56,486 nucleotides of DNA from Candidatus Curtissbacteria bacterium RIFCSPLOWO2_02_41_11 (GCA_001775055.1 MFBU01000002.1:1-56486), one strand, 5' to 3'; positions 27,980 through 37,949 are shown, counted from the first letter of the stretch. The notes: generated by a model from the sequence alone, not told the origin. A program made the numbers and translations.

Positions 27980-28918
27980 TCAGACTCTAAACTTAAACTC
28001 CACAACTTCTCCGTCTTTTACAACTTCATCCCGTCCAGCCGTATGCAACCACCCTTTTTCCCGGGCGTTGTGCCATGATTTGGCTTCAACTAATTTTGAA
28101 AAGTTGCAAACTTCCGCCGTGATAAAACCGCGGGCAAAATCGCTGTGGACTATTTCGGCTGCTTCAATCATTTTGGTGCCGACTTTGACCGGCCAGGCTT
28201 GCACCATCTTGCCTCCGGCAATTGTAAAAAAGGTTATCAGATCCAAAAGTTTGTAAGAAGCGCTAATCACCTGATCCAAACCACTTTTCTCAATACCTAC
28301 TTCCTTTAAATACGCTTTTTGCTCCTCTTCTGACAAATCAGAAAGTTCCGCTTCTAATTTCGCACAGACTGGAATTACCACACCGTCTTGCCCTAAACCC
28401 TTGCTTTTTGACTTGTCAAAAATAAGCTCTCTTATACTCTTGATACCCGCGCTCTCTGTGATACTCTTCTCATCCATATTCAAAACATAAATTGTCGGTT
28501 TTTTAATTTCTGCAAGTTCCAGCTCCAAATTAACAATTTCAATATCCTCTCTAGGGTCAACCTTTCCGGCAACATGGGGAACCTGCGAATTTTCAAACGC
28601 GCGTACCACTTGCAAAATCGCATCAACTTCACGAATGTGGGCCAAAAACTGATTACCTAAACCTTCCCCTTGATGCGCTCCTTTGACCAAACCGGCAATG
28701 TCGATGAATCGAATCGCCGCCGGAACAATCTTTTGTATCGAAAGGCTAGTGGCCAAAAGCGAAAGGCGTTTATCCGGCACCTCAACCACTCCGATATTCG
28801 GCTCGATCGTCGTATAAGGATACTCGGCCACTTGGGCAATCTGCCGTTTGAGAACTGCATTAAATAGCGTAGATTTTCCACTATTTGGCAACCCCACTAT
28901 CCCGATTGACAAACTCAT
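27980..28918 (-). CDS. ychF: redox-regulated ATPase YchF (short form)
   Basis: GIVGLPNSGKSTLFN, DIAGLVKGA..GEGLGNQFL, TGS domain HSDFARGFITAEV. Confidence 0.93.
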   Translation of the reverse strand: MSLSIGIVGLPNSGKSTLFNAVLKRQIAQVAEYPYTTIEPNIGVVEVPDKRLSLLATSLSIQKIVPAAIRFIDIAGLVKGAHQGEGLGNQFLAHIREVDAILQVVRAFENSQVPHVAGKVDPREDIEIVNLELELAEIKKPTIYVLNMDEKSITESAGIKSIRELIFDKSKSKGLGQDGVVIPVCAKLEAELSDLSEEEQKAYLKEVGIEKSGLDQVISASYKLLDLITFFTIAGGKMVQAWPVKVGTKMIEAAEIVHSDFARGFITAEVCNFSKLVEAKSWHNAREKGWLHTAGRDEVVKDGEVVEFKFRV

Positions 28919-29040
28919 CAGAAAAAGTTTACCACACTTCTACTTTAAATCCGTCCAAACACATACCTATTTCAAACGAACAAACTTTGCCTCAAAACAA
29001 ATATCTTGACATAACTCTATCAGGAAAGCATACTAAAGAT

Positions 29041-29568
29041 ATGTCTGCCGCCAAAGGCTTTGTAATAATTTTAGTAGTTTTAGGTGTCGTAGTTATTGCT
29101 GTAGCCGGCGCTGCAGCTGCTGCTGTCGTCGGGCAGGCGCCTATGTGCCCAAACCAAGGCGGTGCGGCTAGAAGCGAAAATGAAATCGGTGATACTCTGG
29201 AGAAATCCTCTGCGGTAACAGTCACAGACAGCGAAGCTACCACCATTGCCCAAAAATATGTAAAAGGTAAGGTTCAAGATGCCAGGGTTTGTTTCACTCA
29301 AGGACTAGGTCATGCTTCAGGAAGCATCACACTCGGACCGGTAAGCCCCACCTTCTATGCATCGACAGGAGTTGATCTTTCTGGTACAACTCCCAAAACT
29401 ACCAATTTGAATGTAAAAGTCGGCGCGCTTCCCAACATGCCTTTTATCTCCGATCAGGTTGGAAAAATAGTTGCAGATTTAATTAATGAAAATCTTGATA
29501 ACATCCAGCTTAAAAGAAAATACTCCGCTCAGTTCTCCGCCGGCTCAGTCACTGTCACCGCACCTTAG
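29041..29568 (+). CDS. hypothetical membrane-anchored/secreted protein
   Basis: ATG at 29041 directly before a hydrophobic helix; TTGACA upstream. Confidence 0.7.
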   Translation: MSAAKGFVIILVVLGVVVIAVAGAAAAAVVGQAPMCPNQGGAARSENEIGDTLEKSSAVTVTDSEATTIAQKYVKGKVQDARVCFTQGLGHASGSITLGPVSPTFYASTGVDLSGTTPKTTNLNVKVGALPNMPFISDQVGKIVADLINENLDNIQLKRKYSAQFSAGSVTVTAP

Positions 29569-29579
29569 AAATAATCCGC

Positions 29580-29846
29580 ATGCGCCTTCAAGTAATTAAA
29601 AGAGATTCGTCAGTTGAAGATTTTGACCAGGATAAAATCGCCAGAGTTGTTACTGCCGCTGGACTAAAGCCGTCTGAGGGTTTAGACCTTGCAATCAGGA
29701 TCGGCCAATGGGTCCAAATCTTGGAAAAATCCCAAATCACAACTTATGCTTTAAGAGAAAAGATTATCGAAGAACTGCAAAAAGTCAACCCGACAGTTAC
29801 CCAGTTTTACAGTCAATACGAAAAGCAAAAAGACGCTAGTTCCTAA
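29580..29846 (+). CDS. stand-alone ATP-cone domain protein
   Basis: VIKRDSSVEDFDQDKI ATP-cone motif. Confidence 0.85.
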   Translation: MRLQVIKRDSSVEDFDQDKIARVVTAAGLKPSEGLDLAIRIGQWVQILEKSQITTYALREKIIEELQKVNPTVTQFYSQYEKQKDASS

Positions 29847-29868
29847 TTATTGTTAAAATTATCCGTTT

Positions 29869-30423
29869 ATGGCTTTAACTCAGTCGCAAAAAGTGGAAAT
29901 TGACTCATCCGCACCTGATTTTAACCTGCCAGCAACCAATGGCCAAAATTATTCGCTTGACTCTTTCAAAAATGCCCACGCTTTAGTTATTGTTTTCACC
30001 TGCAATCACTGCCCTTATGCCAAAGCCGCTTGGCCGCTTCTTGTCAAACTGGCTCAAGAGTTTAAAGAAAAAGGCGTCGCCTTTGTGGCCATTAATCCTA
30101 ATGACGACAAGCAATATCCCGAAGATAGCCTTGAAATGATGAAGCAAAAAGTAGATGAATGGCAAATTAGTTTTCCATATCTTCGCGATGAAACGCAGGA
30201 AGTTGCCAGAACCTACGGCGCGGTCTGCACTCCGGATGTCTTTGTTTTCAACCAAAACCGCAAGCTTTACTATCACGGGCGCATTAATGACAATTGGCAA
30301 GAACCGCAAAAAGTTACCAAAGGAGAATTAAAAGATGCCATCGACGCACTTTTGATGAGTAATCCCCCACCAACTGATCAACATCCCTCTATGGGCTGTT
30401 CGATCAAGTGGAAAACTGGCTAA
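29869..30423 (+). CDS. thioredoxin-like AhpC/TSA family protein
   Basis: APDFNL, CNHCPY, YGAVCTPD and GCSIKW motifs. Confidence 0.93.
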   Translation: MALTQSQKVEIDSSAPDFNLPATNGQNYSLDSFKNAHALVIVFTCNHCPYAKAAWPLLVKLAQEFKEKGVAFVAINPNDDKQYPEDSLEMMKQKVDEWQISFPYLRDETQEVARTYGAVCTPDVFVFNQNRKLYYHGRINDNWQEPQKVTKGELKDAIDALLMSNPPPTDQHPSMGCSIKWKTG

Positions 30424-30515
30424 GTATTAAGCTTATTTTATTAACAATTCAAATTCGCCCCCGTATCTTTTTTGAATTTAAAACTGTTTCATGGTAGAAT
30501 CTTGCCGCCAAAATC

Positions 30516-30857
30516 ATGTCAGCTGAAAGACCTAGAGGACCATCAAAGGGAGCCAGAAAACATATTAGAGAAGTAAAATCACAAGTTCGTCGCGAACTTG
30601 GCCTAACAGCTCAAGTCGATTCACGTATCTGGAATGAAACGGTTGAGATTCTCCGGCTTGAGTTACCGGATTTTGAACAAAAAATTGCCCCCCACCTTGC
30701 AATAATTTACGAATTCTTTGAATTAAGACAGCTTATACGCGAAGGGGGATCAGTCAAAGTAATTGGTGATTTTTACCATAAACATGGTAAGGAGTTAATA
30801 CAAGAACTCGCTCCAGCATTCACTATAGTCAGAAGAACTCTTACGCCTAAAAGATAA
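30516..30857 (+). CDS. hypothetical protein
   Basis: 113-aa ORF with upstream TGGTAGAAT. Confidence 0.7.
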   Translation: MSAERPRGPSKGARKHIREVKSQVRRELGLTAQVDSRIWNETVEILRLELPDFEQKIAPHLAIIYEFFELRQLIREGGSVKVIGDFYHKHGKELIQELAPAFTIVRRTLTPKR

Positions 30858-30868
30858 AAAAGATTGAC

Positions 30869-31513
30869 TCAGCCCCTTTGATACAATCCAATTAAAAGTG
30901 TCTGATCTAAAATATGTCCTTGCATTGCCTCCCCAATGTCCTGCTTTTTGGCAGATGAACCAAGTTCAAGTGTTGTATCCAGGGCATAAAGTTTAAATTG
31001 GTAGCGGTGAGTACCAGAAGGCTCGCCTCGCTGAGACTTTGGCGAAGCGGGCGGGCAAGGACCACCCCAACCAGTTTTACCAAAATCCGTCATTCCTTCA
31101 ACCCCGCCAGTAGGAACTGTTCCTTCGGTAACTTCTGTCATCGCAGGATCAATGTTGAAAACCGTCCAGTGGACCCAATCTCCAGCCGGCGCATCCGGAT
31201 CGTCAACAATTAAAACTAAACCTTGGGCATTTTCGGGAATTTCAGAAATGGTAAGCGGCGGACTGATATTAACTCCATCGCAGGTGTATTTAGCGGGAAT
31301 CGACTGATTATCAGAAAAAGCCGAACTTGCCAATTTCATTTTGCTCTCAACCTTAACCGCACTGGAAGGCTTTGTTATCTGACCAATCGGTTTTGGCCCA
31401 ATCTTCGATTGTCTTAAAAGTATAATACCACCGGCTGCAAGTAGCGCCAAAATCAAAACTGCAATCGCTACCTGTAACGGTTTCATTTCCCTAATTTTAC
31501 CACTAGATTTCAA
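30869..31513 (-). CDS. YbhB/YbcL (PEBP) family protein with N-terminal TM
   Basis: YTCDG.NISPPL, DDPDAP..WVHW, GPCPP...SGTHRY.F.LYALD. Confidence 0.93.
   Translation of the reverse strand: MKSSGKIREMKPLQVAIAVLILALLAAGGIILLRQSKIGPKPIGQITKPSSAVKVESKMKLASSAFSDNQSIPAKYTCDGVNISPPLTISEIPENAQGLVLIVDDPDAPAGDWVHWTVFNIDPAMTEVTEGTVPTGGVEGMTDFGKTGWGGPCPPASPKSQRGEPSGTHRYQFKLYALDTTLELGSSAKKQDIGEAMQGHILDQTLLIGLYQRG
31021..31052. repeat. 30-bp palindromic in-frame insertion in the YbhB-family gene
   Basis: GCTCGCCTCGCT...GGCGAAGCGGGC; adds ASPKSQRGEP between GPCPP and SGTH. Confidence 0.8.
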
Positions 31514-31528
31514 AAAAGAGGTCGGGAT

Positions 31529-32392
31529 TTAAGGGAGGGAAAAGGCAATTTCGGCATCTTCATAAACTAACCTAAAACTTTTTTCAGTCTTTGGAGCAAT
31601 AAAGGACACTCCTCCGATTATTGTTGCGCCGGGCAGAAGTGAGCCGAGTGTTAAGGCTTTATATTCTTTGGAAGCATTGAGCACGGTTTTATACTCCAAA
31701 TCTTGTAAGTCTTTCAATATAAAATCGGTTGGTGTGTAAGAAAGAGCGTTTGACTCTTCATTGGCAAAAGTAACTTGAACATCAACTTGAACTTTATCCG
31801 GCAAAGCAGCTTTACTCTTGGCGTATGCACTATCCAACCAAACTTTATCTAAAGTTAGAGTTAATCCGCTTGCAAGTTTAACTTTATCACCGATTGCAGC
31901 CGGCGATGGTGAAGGTAATGGTGAAGGACTTGGGGTTGGAGGAACATTTACTGCCGGTTGACTACTGGGTGCAGTTGAAGGAAGAATCGTCTTCTGACCT
32001 GTCGAACCCTTACCTAAAAAATAGCCGCCTGTTCCCGAAATGGCAACCAAAAAAATCGCTGCCAAAAATAAACCGATTGGCGATGACTTTGAACCATCTG
32101 TCTTATCTTTTTCCAAATCAGACATTTTTTCTTTAGCAGCAATTGATTCCCCAGAACTAACAGGCATACTCGATAAGGCTTTGGCCTCTTCAAGAAGTTC
32201 TTCTGGTGTTTTGGGTTGTGGTGGCTGCGGAGAAACGGGCTCAGGCGGCGGATCGACTGGCACTCCCTCTAATTCGTTAGTTTCTTTCTTAATGTTAAGA
32301 TTTGGCAAACGAGGATCCTGATCCTCAGGAGGATCTTTGTCAAAATCGGGCATTAAATCAATTGTAAAAGTTCGAGGTGCCTTTGTAAACAA
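31529..32392 (-). CDS. membrane protein with Pro-rich linker and DUF4352-like domain
   Basis: central TM; C-terminal IGDKV..VTFAN..F.LKD..GSLLPG...G.VSF. Confidence 0.7.
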   Translation of the reverse strand: MFTKAPRTFTIDLMPDFDKDPPEDQDPRLPNLNIKKETNELEGVPVDPPPEPVSPQPPQPKTPEELLEEAKALSSMPVSSGESIAAKEKMSDLEKDKTDGSKSSPIGLFLAAIFLVAISGTGGYFLGKGSTGQKTILPSTAPSSQPAVNVPPTPSPSPLPSPSPAAIGDKVKLASGLTLTLDKVWLDSAYAKSKAALPDKVQVDVQVTFANEESNALSYTPTDFILKDLQDLEYKTVLNASKEYKALTLGSLLPGATIIGGVSFIAPKTEKSFRLVYEDAEIAFSLP

Positions 32393-33511
32393 CTAGTTAT
32401 CTTTTCCTATAGCCTGTGAGATATTGCCAAATCCGTCTTTTTTGAGAAGTTTTACCAGCCCTTGATTAATCTCGGAAATAACCTGCGGCCCTTCAAAAAT
32501 CATACCGGTGATAAGCTCAACCAAAGACGCCCCCAGCTTAATTTTTTTGTAAGCATCTTCTGCGCAAAAAACCCCGCCTAAACCAATAATTACAAATTTT
32601 CCTTTTGTTTTACGGTAAATATAACTTATCAAATTATTGGCTAAATCTTCCACAACCTTACCGCTCATTCCTCCCTCTGTTCCGTCAACGCTGTCTTTGA
32701 TCTTCCTATTGTTTCTGTTTTTGGTGAGATTGCTACAAATAAAACCTGCTACCTGATGCTTATTGGAAATGGCAAGAATTCTGTCAATTTCACTCTGACT
32801 TAAGTCCGGCGATAGTTTTAAAAAAATCGGCTTTTTGGTAGAAATCTCGTCAAGTCTTTGAAGAAGTTTATCCAGTCGAGTTGCATCTGTAAACGGCTGG
32901 CCGCCATAGGCATTTGGACAACTGATATTAACCGTAAAATAATCTCCGATTTGGACAAACTCCTTGAATGCCTTAGCATAATCGGCAATGCCGTTTTCAA
33001 CTTTGACTGTATTTGGACTATTAGTCTTGGCAATATTTGTGCCAAGCGGTATTTTAAAAGTTTTCCCCTTCAGACTTTTGGCAATAGCCTCAGATCCTTC
33101 ATTTTTTAAACCGTAATTAACAACCAGTGCCTTTGATTTCTTAAGCCGCCAGAGTCTGGGTTTGAGATTACCAGCACAGGCTTCACCGGTTATTGAACCG
33201 ACTTCGATAAAACCAAAACCAACGCCAGGAAGAGTATCCGTTAGAACTGCATCTTTATCAAACCCCGCCCCAAGGCCAATCGGATTGGCAAATTTAATTC
33301 CCAGAATTTCTTGCGAAAGAGTCTTGTCTTGATAAGAAAAGAGCAGAGAGACTAACCATCGAGTTAAGCTAAACTTGCCCAGAAACCGCCCGACATTGAG
33401 CATCCGGTCATGAATTATTTCCGGATCCTGCAAAAAGAAAATTTTTTGCAAAATTGCCTTATATAAAAAACGAAGAATATAGTTTCTGACAAAAATTACT
33501 TGTTCTTTCAT
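32393..33511 (-). CDS. pyrD: dihydroorotate dehydrogenase, class 2 architecture
   Basis: PE..HD N-terminus, NPIGLGAGFDKD, NISCPN, KLSPDL, GGMSG. Confidence 0.92.
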   Translation of the reverse strand: MKEQVIFVRNYILRFLYKAILQKIFFLQDPEIIHDRMLNVGRFLGKFSLTRWLVSLLFSYQDKTLSQEILGIKFANPIGLGAGFDKDAVLTDTLPGVGFGFIEVGSITGEACAGNLKPRLWRLKKSKALVVNYGLKNEGSEAIAKSLKGKTFKIPLGTNIAKTNSPNTVKVENGIADYAKAFKEFVQIGDYFTVNISCPNAYGGQPFTDATRLDKLLQRLDEISTKKPIFLKLSPDLSQSEIDRILAISNKHQVAGFICSNLTKNRNNRKIKDSVDGTEGGMSGKVVEDLANNLISYIYRKTKGKFVIIGLGGVFCAEDAYKKIKLGASLVELITGMIFEGPQVISEINQGLVKLLKKDGFGNISQAIGKDN

Positions 33512-34182
33512 GTCAGTCTTTTTAAAATTGCATCACTAGTCAGTTCTCGCAGGGCATCAGTTGCAATCCACTTGGCGGTTTTTGAATCGATTTTTATAAT
33601 TTCCTGTGCTGTTCCAATCGCCATTTTATTCAAATTTCTATTGCGTTTTCCGATTTGCCTCAAAGCCCAATTAACCGCCTTTTTGACAAAGTTGCGCTCG
33701 TCGGTTGCAGCCTGTTTGATAAGAGAAAAAAAATGGGAAAATGACTCGTTGGAACTATTCTTATCATGCCATGCCAAGCAGGCCATTAGTGCAAAACCGG
33801 CCCGCTTTTCAAACTCATTATCTCGTCTAGTCCATTCTTTAGCTTTTTGGAATGCATGGGGCGTTTTATCAAAAAAATTCATACAAACCTGATCACAAAC
33901 ATCCCAGGAATCAAAGTCGCTAGTCCACAAATCCATCTGTTTTTCAGAAACCTGTTTTGGATCATCAACCATGCTGGCCAAAATCCGCGCTTCGTGAATT
34001 CCAGAATCCCAAAGTTGTTGGGCAATAGTATGGTTTGTTCCTATTTCTTTGGCTAACTTTCTCAAAATTGGAATAGATATTCCAAGAGTATTTTTAGAAT
34101 TTATCCCAAACTTAACCATCCCTTGCACATTTTTGGGATTGGTCTGCGATTTTAGTTTTCTGAGAACTTCAGCGTACTGCAC
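33508..34182 (-). CDS. DNA alkylation repair protein (AlkD-like)
   Basis: SWDVCD and DERNFVKKAVNWALRQIGK. Confidence 0.92.
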   Translation of the reverse strand: MQYAEVLRKLKSQTNPKNVQGMVKFGINSKNTLGISIPILRKLAKEIGTNHTIAQQLWDSGIHEARILASMVDDPKQVSEKQMDLWTSDFDSWDVCDQVCMNFFDKTPHAFQKAKEWTRRDNEFEKRAGFALMACLAWHDKNSSNESFSHFFSLIKQAATDERNFVKKAVNWALRQIGKRNRNLNKMAIGTAQEIIKIDSKTAKWIATDALRELTSDAILKRLT

Positions 34183-34219
34183 ACCACAACTCTAGCAAGT
34201 TTTTAGTCGGGAGGCAAAA

Positions 34220-35398
34220 TTAACTTTTACTACCAAGACGCTTCAAAGCTTTGTCTTTTTCAATTGGATTGATGTGAGTTTTGCGAACAGCTCCGGATAA
34301 AATAGAAATTGTTTGATCATAAGTCGGCCTGTCAACCGGATATGGCGTCGCATCTTTACCGCCATGGGCAAAAGAATATCTGGCCGGATCCTCATACGAG
34401 GGCTTTGCTCCGTAAATCACCTCGGAAACTAAAGAAAGAGCCCGAATCGTCTTTGGTCCAACCCCAGTAGTTGCCAAAAGCTCCTCATAAGTCTTAGGCT
34501 TGGTGTCTCCAAGTCTATTTAAAATCTTCTCAAGATAACGGCTTTTGGCAAAATCTTCAGCCATAACCGAATGAGAACTAAACTCAGTGTCGGTAAGTTC
34601 AAGCAATGTCAAAGACTCTCCCCGACGTCTCAATGCTCGCCCTGAGCGAAGCCGAAGGGCAATCATTCGGGAAAGTTCTGATGAATGTTTGCGGATAATT
34701 TCAATATCTTTTGCAAACCGGCCATAGCCTAAAGTTGCCAACTGGCGGCTGATCTTTTGATTCTTTTGACTTTCTTTGGCCGTCAGATTTAAAACTGTTT
34801 TTTGTTTAACTTGCGAAGCAATTCCGCTGTGCGGTTCACAAACCAAATCCGTGATCGTATCGGAAAACCAATGATAACGCCTGGCTGTTTGACTAGCTGT
34901 ATTCATCCCCTGCTGAACCACTGCCCAATGACCGTTTTTGGAAAAGAAAAAGCTGTGATGATAGATTTGAAATCCGTCCTGAACCAGGGAACTGTCGACT
35001 TTGGCCGCCATTTTCGAATTGTAAACTAGGTTATTAACATGGCCGGATGATAGATTTAATCTTTCTCCCCAGCCGACAATCTCATCCGGCGTTTTTCTCG
35101 AGGTTTTCCCTTTACCTCCACAGATAAAAATTCCCAAATCGCGCTCTTGATAACGAATTGCCTCTTTCAAAGCTGCCGTCAAAATGGTCGTTAAACCCGA
35201 AGCATTCCAGTCGAAAGCCAAAACTGTGCCCAAGGATTGAAACCAGACCGGATCGGCAATGCGCTTAACAAACTCATCCGGTCCGTACTCGTCAACTAAA
35301 ACCTGAGTCATTTCCCGCCCAAGCTTAACCATCCGCTCAAAAAGCCATCGCGGACATTTCCCGTAATCTAAAGTGAAAGTCGCGACTCCTCGTTGCAT
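34220..35398 (-). CDS. DUF763 family protein
   Basis: P.WLFERM, GGKG, KVD...QDG, VVQQGM, DPARYSFAHGGKD..PYPV. Confidence 0.9.
   Translation of the reverse strand: MQRGVATFTLDYGKCPRWLFERMVKLGREMTQVLVDEYGPDEFVKRIADPVWFQSLGTVLAFDWNASGLTTILTAALKEAIRYQERDLGIFICGGKGKTSRKTPDEIVGWGERLNLSSGHVNNLVYNSKMAAKVDSSLVQDGFQIYHHSFFFSKNGHWAVVQQGMNTASQTARRYHWFSDTITDLVCEPHSGIASQVKQKTVLNLTAKESQKNQKISRQLATLGYGRFAKDIEIIRKHSSELSRMIALRLRSGRALRRRGESLTLLELTDTEFSSHSVMAEDFAKSRYLEKILNRLGDTKPKTYEELLATTGVGPKTIRALSLVSEVIYGAKPSYEDPARYSFAHGGKDATPYPVDRPTYDQTISILSGAVRKTHINPIEKDKALKRLGSKS
34639..34660. repeat. REP-like palindrome read in frame in the DUF763 gene
   Basis: GCCCTGAGCGAAGCCGAAGGGC, encoding ALRLRSGR. Confidence 0.75.
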
Positions 35399-35480
35399 GC
35401 TTTCTCAATTCTAGCATTTTGCGACCCGAAAGAAAACCGAAGATTATTAGGGGGATGTGAAACAGAGTGAAAAGAAGTAA

Positions 35481-35543
35481 ACAGTTAACTGGATTGAAAT
35501 TATCAAATATCCTGAATCAGTTTACCAGAAGTCCGTACAATTA
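35481..35543 (+). repeat. accessory-block direct repeat, copy 1
   Basis: reads TVNWIEIIKYPESVYQKSVQL. Confidence 0.8.
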
Positions 35544-35578
35544 TATTGCAAAACTAAACCGAGATAATGCTGTGTATT

Positions 35579-36478
35579 TTAGATATAGATTAAATAAAGG
35601 CCAAGCATCATTAATAAAATTGACATAACTTTAACACCTAAGACATCTTTACCAAGTTCTTCTTTAAGTATTTTTGGCAACCAAAATGAAAGGAACACAG
35701 CATAGACGAGTACAAATAAACTTTGGAATCCTCTAAATACACTAACTAGAGTAACCGGACCGATAGCTAAAGCCCAAAGGCCGCTTAGCGAGGCTGTGGT
35801 CACAAAAAACATACCTAATATCAGTAGCGTCCAACCTATTGGCTTCAGACCTGAAAGACTTTTAATAAATCTGCTTCTGAAAGATGCTATTAACAAAAGA
35901 AGTAGCGGAGTGGGAAGAAATTCGCCAAAACCAAGGTATACTGTCAAATCCCAAAATGGGTGAGCAACGTATAAAGATTTCAAAATTACTGCATAAATTG
36001 CGTAAATTAAACTGGATAGAACCATCCACCAGAAGGCGACTCTTAACTTAAATACTCCTTTTGTTTTCTGAAGGGAAATTAAGAGACCGCCTAACAAAAT
36101 TAGCACAAAGGCTAAGTAATGGGTCAGTGTTAATACTTCTCCCAAAAACAAAAGGGAAAGTATTAAAACAAAAGGTGGAGTAAACTGAAATAGAGGTATC
36201 ACTCTGGAGATTTCCTCTTTAGATATAGCTTGGTAGAAAGCAAAGACAGCAACTATCTGAAATGCCCCAGCAAATATTACCAGTGCCGCTGGACCAAAAC
36301 CTATCCACCTCAAACCATTAAAGATGATAATGACCAGAGACAGAAGTAACGCAGAAATGCCAGCGATTAATGTGAGAGTGAGAGAATCAGGGAGATATCT
36401 TCCTCTTAAAAGTTTATCGACTATATTATCTGCTGCCCATAGAGCCCTAGAGAAAAGAGAAAAAATCACCCAATCCAT
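35579..36478 (-). CDS. EamA/DMT family transporter
   Basis: 10-TM pattern; EISRVIPL and FLGE motifs. Confidence 0.88.
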   Translation of the reverse strand: MDWVIFSLFSRALWAADNIVDKLLRGRYLPDSLTLTLIAGISALLLSLVIIIFNGLRWIGFGPAALVIFAGAFQIVAVFAFYQAISKEEISRVIPLFQFTPPFVLILSLLFLGEVLTLTHYLAFVLILLGGLLISLQKTKGVFKLRVAFWWMVLSSLIYAIYAVILKSLYVAHPFWDLTVYLGFGEFLPTPLLLLLIASFRSRFIKSLSGLKPIGWTLLILGMFFVTTASLSGLWALAIGPVTLVSVFRGFQSLFVLVYAVFLSFWLPKILKEELGKDVLGVKVMSILLMMLGLYLIYI

Positions 36479-36508
36479 TTAGCTGAAATTATAGCAAAAG
36501 TTCGAATT

Positions 36509-36547
36509 TTAGCTGGGATTCCTCAGTTTGAAATAAGGGAATTTCAC
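36509..36547 (-). pseudogene. 12-codon stub MKFPYFKLRNPS, probably a truncated partner of the upstream gene
   Basis: GTG overlaps the upstream TAG; the frame stops immediately before the ATTCGAAC motif. Confidence 0.4.
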
Positions 36548-36738
36548 TAAGGTGCTATCGGGCCGTAAGATTTTGCGCCTTTCATAAGTACAGGTTTCTT
36601 TTCTCCGTCCGCTCTGGCACGCTCAAGTGCAACCTTAATTGTTCTTCCCCAACCTGCGACCTTTTTATAATCGGACGACAAGGCGATCCATCCGCTCGTA
36701 TAATTTTTGGTGATTTTAGTTAAATCAATAGGTTTCAC
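36547..36738 (-). CDS. DUF5678-like small protein
   Basis: Y..GWIAL...KVAGWG.T...AL..A...GEKKPVL. Confidence 0.7.
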   Translation of the reverse strand: MKPIDLTKITKNYTSGWIALSSDYKKVAGWGRTIKVALERARADGEKKPVLMKGAKSYGPIAP

Positions 36739-36788
36739 AGTATTATTTTAGCATAATGTGTAAATCCTGATTTTAAAAGCTGGCAATT

Positions 36789-36860
36789 TTGGACGATTTC
36801 CGAACTGTTGGTTGAGTTGGACTTATTCCTTATCCTAAATTAGTTTATCAACAATCAAAA
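36789..36860 (+). repeat. accessory-block direct repeat, copy 2
   Basis: reads LDDFRTVG*VGLIPYPKLVYQQSK. Confidence 0.75.
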
Positions 36861-36944
36861 GTTTTTCTGCAACAATAAAGTATCACTTACCGAAAATTTA
36901 TTAAAGTTGAGTACATAACCGACTTTTGCTAAAATTCTGAAACC

Positions 36945-37949
36945 ATGAGAAAAGAAAGTCTAAATGTTCCTATAGTAGATAGATACAAAGGCTGCTTGTT
37001 GGGTGTAGCTGCAGGTGATGCTTTGGGTCAGCCCGTGGAATTCATACCACTCAATGGAAAGGACAAAGCCTTAGAGAGATTTGATGAACCATGGAAAAGG
37101 AAAATTAGAAAGTTTATCAAAGAAATTCAAGAAAAACACGGTGGGGTTATTCGTGAAATGTTACTAAATCCTTTTGGATATTGGGAAAAAGGTGAATATA
37201 CAGATGACACAACTCAAACCTTACTCTTAGCTGATAGTTTTATTGAGAAAGGTAAATATGATCCAGATGATTTTGTTAGTAGATTACTAAAATGGTATGA
37301 CAATGGTAAAGCCAAAGGTATAGGCAGAACCACAGAGCTAAGCCTCGGTTTAATAAATGCAGGTGTTGCTGATTGGAAAAGTGTGGGAAAGTATGTATTG
37401 AAAAATTTTGGTAAGTTTTTCTCTAATGGTTCACTCATGAGAACCTCACCTGTGGGTTTATATTTTAGAGAATACATAGAAGATATTGATCGGGTAGCAG
37501 CTGAGCTTTCGATAATAACTCATGCAGCTGAACCTGCAATTGTGGTTTGTCAAATGGCAAGCCAATTAGTATCACAACTAGTAAGTGGTGTGCCCAAAAA
37601 TGAAGCAGTTGACTTTATCGAGAGGAAGTTTAAAACTGCTTATGAAAATGTCTATAATTCCTATAGCGATTATGAAAAGTATCCGATGAATGCCGATTCA
37701 ACATTCTCAGTTGCTTTAATTTCTTTTGCTAATGCAGATAGTTTTGAAGAAGCTGTGGTTGAGGCGGTCAATAAAGGTGGAGACACAGATACATGTGGCT
37801 CAGTGGCTGGAGCACTTGCGGGAGCTTATTGGGGCGTTGCCCAAATACCTGAAAGATGGGCAAAATGTCTAAAACCACAAAGTGCTCAACAAATTGGTAG
37901 TAAAGCTGAAAAATTGTACCTTCTAAATACTTCTTTACGTAGAAGTTGA
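36945..37949 (+). CDS. ADP-ribosylglycohydrolase (DraG/ARH family)
   Basis: G.AAGDALG, YTDDT, NGSLMR, ITH and GGDTDT motifs. Confidence 0.95.
   Translation: MRKESLNVPIVDRYKGCLLGVAAGDALGQPVEFIPLNGKDKALERFDEPWKRKIRKFIKEIQEKHGGVIREMLLNPFGYWEKGEYTDDTTQTLLLADSFIEKGKYDPDDFVSRLLKWYDNGKAKGIGRTTELSLGLINAGVADWKSVGKYVLKNFGKFFSNGSLMRTSPVGLYFREYIEDIDRVAAELSIITHAAEPAIVVCQMASQLVSQLVSGVPKNEAVDFIERKFKTAYENVYNSYSDYEKYPMNADSTFSVALISFANADSFEEAVVEAVNKGGDTDTCGSVAGALAGAYWGVAQIPERWAKCLKPQSAQQIGSKAEKLYLLNTSLRRS

Noticed and set aside
28885-29040. N-terminal extension of the 227-aa ORF
   Set aside because: Overlaps the ychF start and promoter region; the ATG at 29041 precedes the TM helix
36812-36815. TGA at a Trp position suggesting stop-codon recoding
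   Set aside because: It lies in a decayed repeat; genes such as zwf and the ARH end normally at TGA
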